From assembly GCA_049976845.1 (NCBI GenBank), contig JBMFHL010000027.1, positions 1 to 10,214 on the forward strand: a DNA stretch of 10,214 bases, given 5' to 3'. Position numbers and translations under genes: made by a program. The notes under the pieces were generated by a model. It did not search any database, was not told the origin of the DNA, and worked only from the letters and a program-made list of their open reading frames with translations. This DNA comes from Candidatus Micrarchaeia archaeon (GTDB lineage: Archaea; Micrarchaeota; Micrarchaeia; Micrarchaeales; CABMGC01). This document shows, piece after piece, positions 7,530 through 10,214 of the stretch (positions are counted from its first letter, which is position 1; every line of letters starts with the position of its first letter).

Positions 7530-8765
7530 ATAAAATATATGCTTGTTGTCCTCGATGGCGCGGCAGATAGGAAAAATGCAGTGCTTCGGGGCATGACTCC
7601 GCTGCAAGACGCACACATGAATAATCTTAACAATATTGCAAGGAGATCTGCTGCTGGCATGATGTATCCAATAGCAAAAGGCATAGCACCAGAATCCGAT
7701 TCTGCTGTTTTCTCGCTGCTTAGCTATGATATAAAGAGGTATACAGGGAGAGGGGCTATAGAGGCTTATGGCAGTGGAATCAATGTAAGGGATAGTGACC
7801 TTGCGCTGCGCACCAACTTCGCGACTGTTGACAATGAGCTCAATATAATTGACAGGCGCGCTGGCAGGAGCATAACAAGAATCGAAGCGCGCGGCTTAGA
7901 GTACATAATAAACAAGATAAAGCTCAGCAGCGGCGTTCAATTCAGGTTCAAGGCGACTATTGGGCACAGGGGCGTAGTTGTTTTTTACGGCAACAACGCA
8001 AAGCTTTCTCAGAATATATCGAATGCTGACATAGGGTATGCAAGGAAAGGAAGCATTTCAATAGCGCAGAAAAAAAGCGCTGGGAAGCTCTTGAAGGTTG
8101 TTCCACTTACAAAGGACAAAAGCGCGGCTTATACTGCCAATATCGTGAATGAATTTATAGAGAGGGCGCACGCGGCGCTCTCAGCTGCGGAGATAAACAA
8201 TAGAAGAAAAGCCAGAGGCTTTCCGGAAGCGAATGCGCTGCTGCTCAGGGATGCTGGCCTCGGCTTGCCGAAGGTTGAATTTATAGGTAAGAAATTCGGC
8301 ATGCGCTTTTCTTTTATAACGGAGATGCCCGTTGAGAATGGCATAGCCAAATTGTTAGGCATGCGCGAGATTCGTTTTAGAAGTGCACTCAAAGGTGAAA
8401 GCAGGTATAGCAAAATTGCAGCACTTGCAAAAATGCATGCTAGTGAATGCGATTTCATGTACATACACATAAAAGGGCCCGATGAGCCGGGGCATGACGG
8501 CAATGCAATTGCTAAAGCAGAAGTGCTCAAAGAAATTGACTCGGGATTCTTCTCGCATTTCAATGGGGAAAAAAAGGTTAGAATCTGCGTGACCTGCGAC
8601 CATTCGACGCCATGTGAGCTAAAGGCCCATTCTTCAGATCCCGTACCAGTGATAATAAGTGGCATTGCATCAGACAATATGAATTTTGACGAGTCAATAG
8701 ATTCGAAGGGCTCGCTCGGCATTTTTAGGGGCGTTAACCTAATAAAGAAGATAATAAGTGGTTGA
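7530..8765 (+). CDS. apgM: 2,3-bisphosphoglycerate-independent phosphoglycerate mutase, archaeal ApgM type (start uncertain: 7488, 7530 or 7539)
   Basis: Motifs LDGAAD, PESD (phospho-acceptor Ser), YTGRG..EA.G, RTNFAT, DRRAGR, HIKGPDEPGHDG, DHSTP and HSSDPVP. A strong SD (AGGTGAT, 7520-7526) lies downstream of the track's ATG at 7488. Confidence 0.92.
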   Translation: MKYMLVVLDGAADRKNAVLRGMTPLQDAHMNNLNNIARRSAAGMMYPIAKGIAPESDSAVFSLLSYDIKRYTGRGAIEAYGSGINVRDSDLALRTNFATVDNELNIIDRRAGRSITRIEARGLEYIINKIKLSSGVQFRFKATIGHRGVVVFYGNNAKLSQNISNADIGYARKGSISIAQKKSAGKLLKVVPLTKDKSAAYTANIVNEFIERAHAALSAAEINNRRKARGFPEANALLLRDAGLGLPKVEFIGKKFGMRFSFITEMPVENGIAKLLGMREIRFRSALKGESRYSKIAALAKMHASECDFMYIHIKGPDEPGHDGNAIAKAEVLKEIDSGFFSHFNGEKKVRICVTCDHSTPCELKAHSSDPVPVIISGIASDNMNFDESIDSKGSLGIFRGVNLIKKIISG

Positions 8766-9974
8766 ATGCAGATAAAAAAAATAACGTTGAGAAAGATCCT
8801 TGACTCGCGCGGCTTGGACACTGTTGAAGCTAGCGTATTTGACAATAAGGGCAACTTTGCTACCGCTTCTTCGCCGAGCGGCACGAGCAGGAGCGTGTAT
8901 GAAGCAGCGCCTTTTCCAAAAGGCAATGTTGAATTAGGCATAGCGAATTTCAAAAAAAACGAAAACAAGATCATTGGCGCAGACCCTGGTGACCAGGGCG
9001 CGGTTGATGCGCTGCTTCACGAGATAGATGCAACAGATAATTTTGCATTCATAGGCGGCAACACCGCTACAGCAATATCAATAGCAAATGCGAAACTCGC
9101 TGCTGCTGAATGCGGCTGCGAGCTCTATCAATATGTTTACGATATTGTAAAAAGATTTGGAATAAAAAAAAGGATGCCTAGACTCTTGGGCAATGTGATA
9201 GGAGGCGGAGTACACTCTAACAATGGAATGAGTATACAAGAGGTACTTGTGGCAAGCGATACTGGCTCTGTGTATGGAAATGCAGTTTCAAACATTTCAA
9301 TATATAGGGAGATTGGGGAGTACCTTAAGAAAAGGGGGCTTGCAATTGGCACAAACATAGAAAATGCTTGGAGTTCAAGGCTTGGGGACGAGGAGAGCAT
9401 AGCACTTGTCAAGAGAATCGCAAGCAATAAAAGGAAAAGGGTGCTTGTTGGAATAGATGTGGCAGCCAGCGAGCTTTATGATGGCAAGTACCGCTTTGAA
9501 AATAGGCGCATGGGCAGAGAAGCGTTTATAAGAAAAATGGAATCAATTTTTAACAAGTATAAATTAGGATATATTGAGGACCCGCTAGAATCGGCTGACT
9601 TTTTAGGTTTTGCATTAATAACAAAGAATTTCAGTAGGAGTGCGCTAGTGGTGGGCGATGATCTCTATGCTACGAATTCACGCAGATTGATGAAAGGCAT
9701 AAGGCTAAAATCTACAAATGCCTTACTCATAAAAGTAAACCAGGCAGGCACGCTCACAGATACAATAGAAACTGTCAGGGAAGCACATAGGAATAATATT
9801 AAGATAGTAGTTTCGCACAGGAGTGGCGAGACAAATGATATATTTATATCGCATTTGTCTGTAGCATTCGGTGCCGAGCTGATGAAGTGCGGAGTTACAG
9901 GAGGGGAGAGGATTGCGAAGATAAACGAACTCGCAAGGATTGAAGCGATTGAGCTTTCAAACAGAAATAAATAA
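8766..9974 (+). CDS. eno: Enolase (short archaeal type)
   Basis: Motifs ILDSRG, PSG.S, NVIGGGVH, IQE, GIDVAASE, YIEDP, VGDDL, LIKVNQ, SHRSGET and ERIAKINEL. The ATG directly follows the apgM TGA. Confidence 0.95.
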   Translation: MQIKKITLRKILDSRGLDTVEASVFDNKGNFATASSPSGTSRSVYEAAPFPKGNVELGIANFKKNENKIIGADPGDQGAVDALLHEIDATDNFAFIGGNTATAISIANAKLAAAECGCELYQYVYDIVKRFGIKKRMPRLLGNVIGGGVHSNNGMSIQEVLVASDTGSVYGNAVSNISIYREIGEYLKKRGLAIGTNIENAWSSRLGDEESIALVKRIASNKRKRVLVGIDVAASELYDGKYRFENRRMGREAFIRKMESIFNKYKLGYIEDPLESADFLGFALITKNFSRSALVVGDDLYATNSRRLMKGIRLKSTNALLIKVNQAGTLTDTIETVREAHRNNIKIVVSHRSGETNDIFISHLSVAFGAELMKCGVTGGERIAKINELARIEAIELSNRNK

Positions 9975-9998
9975 AAGGGGCGCATATAAATGTATGAC

Positions 9999-10017
9999 AT
10001 AAGGGCTTCGCCCTTAT
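9999..10017. terminator. Perfect hairpin ATAAGGGC-TTC-GCCCTTAT between convergent units; possible terminator or RNA-end element
   Basis: 8-bp inverted repeat with a 3-nt loop, 24 nt after the enolase stop. There is no clear U-tract on the + strand, so the function is inferred. Confidence 0.4.
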
Positions 10018-10214
10018 AAACTTATCGCGTGCGCCCTCTCCGCCGACGAGGTCGGCGGTATCCCCGCACTTGATAAGCCTTTCTGCGAGTTGCTGTGCAT
10101 TTCCACAAACCTCCTACATCCTTCTTCGTTCAGGAGGTCTGGGTTAACTTGCAGCCCTGTCTGTCGCAGATTGCTTGCGAATGCAAGCAGCCCCGTCACT
10201 AGGGCATTCAGCGA
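10014..10214 (-). CDS. C-terminal fragment of a probable TnpB/Cas12f-like protein (5' part outside the window)
   Basis: The track's 61-aa ORF extends in frame to the window edge: SLNALVTGLLAFASNLRQTGLQVNPD...AGIPPTSSAERAHAISL*. SLNALVTGL fits the tail of the TnpB RuvC-III motif (DRD.NA[AS].NI...GL). No catalytic residue is visible in the window. Confidence 0.5.
   Translation of the reverse strand, partial: SLNALVTGLLAFASNLRQTGLQVNPDLLNEEGCRRFVEMHSNSQKGLSSAGIPPTSSAERAHAISL
10018..10200 (-). ncRNA. Structured RNA, candidate TnpB omega/reRNA scaffold overlapping the ORF's 3' end
   Basis: Stems at 10172-10178/10183-10189, 10082-10088/10164-10170, 10106-10115/10132-10141, 10040-10047/10051-10058, 10029-10033/10065-10069 and 10018-10026/10072-10080. 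Mismatches that are A-C on the + strand become G-U on the - strand, which favours a minus-strand RNA. Confidence 0.55.
10029..10073 (-). mobile_element. Candidate IS200/IS605-family right end
   Basis: The minus strand reads GGGATA-CCGCCGAC-CTC-GTCGGCGG-AGAGGGCGCAC. This follows the typical right-end layout of GGAAT-like motif, hairpin, GAGG spacer and terminal TCAC/TCAA, but ends in GCAC here. Confidence 0.45.

Noticed and set aside
3786..10000. Minus-strand and alternative-frame ORFs over the operon (e.g. 4747-5127, 5480-6202, 8129-8974, 9665-10000)
   Set aside because: They overlap clearly identifiable enzymes, have the composition of reverse-complement frames, and carry no family motifs.
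10070..10214. RNase P RNA, suggested by minus-strand CAGAAAGGCTTAT resembling conserved region V
   Set aside because: The spacing is 2 nt shorter than ACAnAAnnnnGCUUA, the segment is tied up in local stems, and I could not find the other conserved regions. Not fully excluded without an Rfam search.

Overview
Archaeal DNA; the GGTGA ribosome-binding sites, archaeal enzyme types and compact genes suggest a DPANN/Micrarchaeota-like host (inference). The core is a metabolic cluster. On the + strand, five genes run together: ribose-1,5-bisphosphate isomerase, form III RuBisCO, AMP phosphorylase, archaeal-type phosphoglycerate mutase (ApgM) and enolase. Pyruvate phosphate dikinase (PPDK) is divergently transcribed across a 212-bp AT-rich, repeat-containing intergenic region. 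These six enzymes cover every step from AMP + CO2 to pyruvate + ATP. Downstream of PPDK on the minus strand are an O6-methylguanine DNA methyltransferase and a partial spermidine-synthase-like SAM-binding gene that the ORF track missed. The last ~200 nt are highly structured on the minus strand and look like the 3' end of a TnpB (IS200/IS605) gene with an overlapping omega/reRNA and right-end hairpin. That call is tentative because the window ends there. All assignments come from motif recognition by eye; no searches were run.
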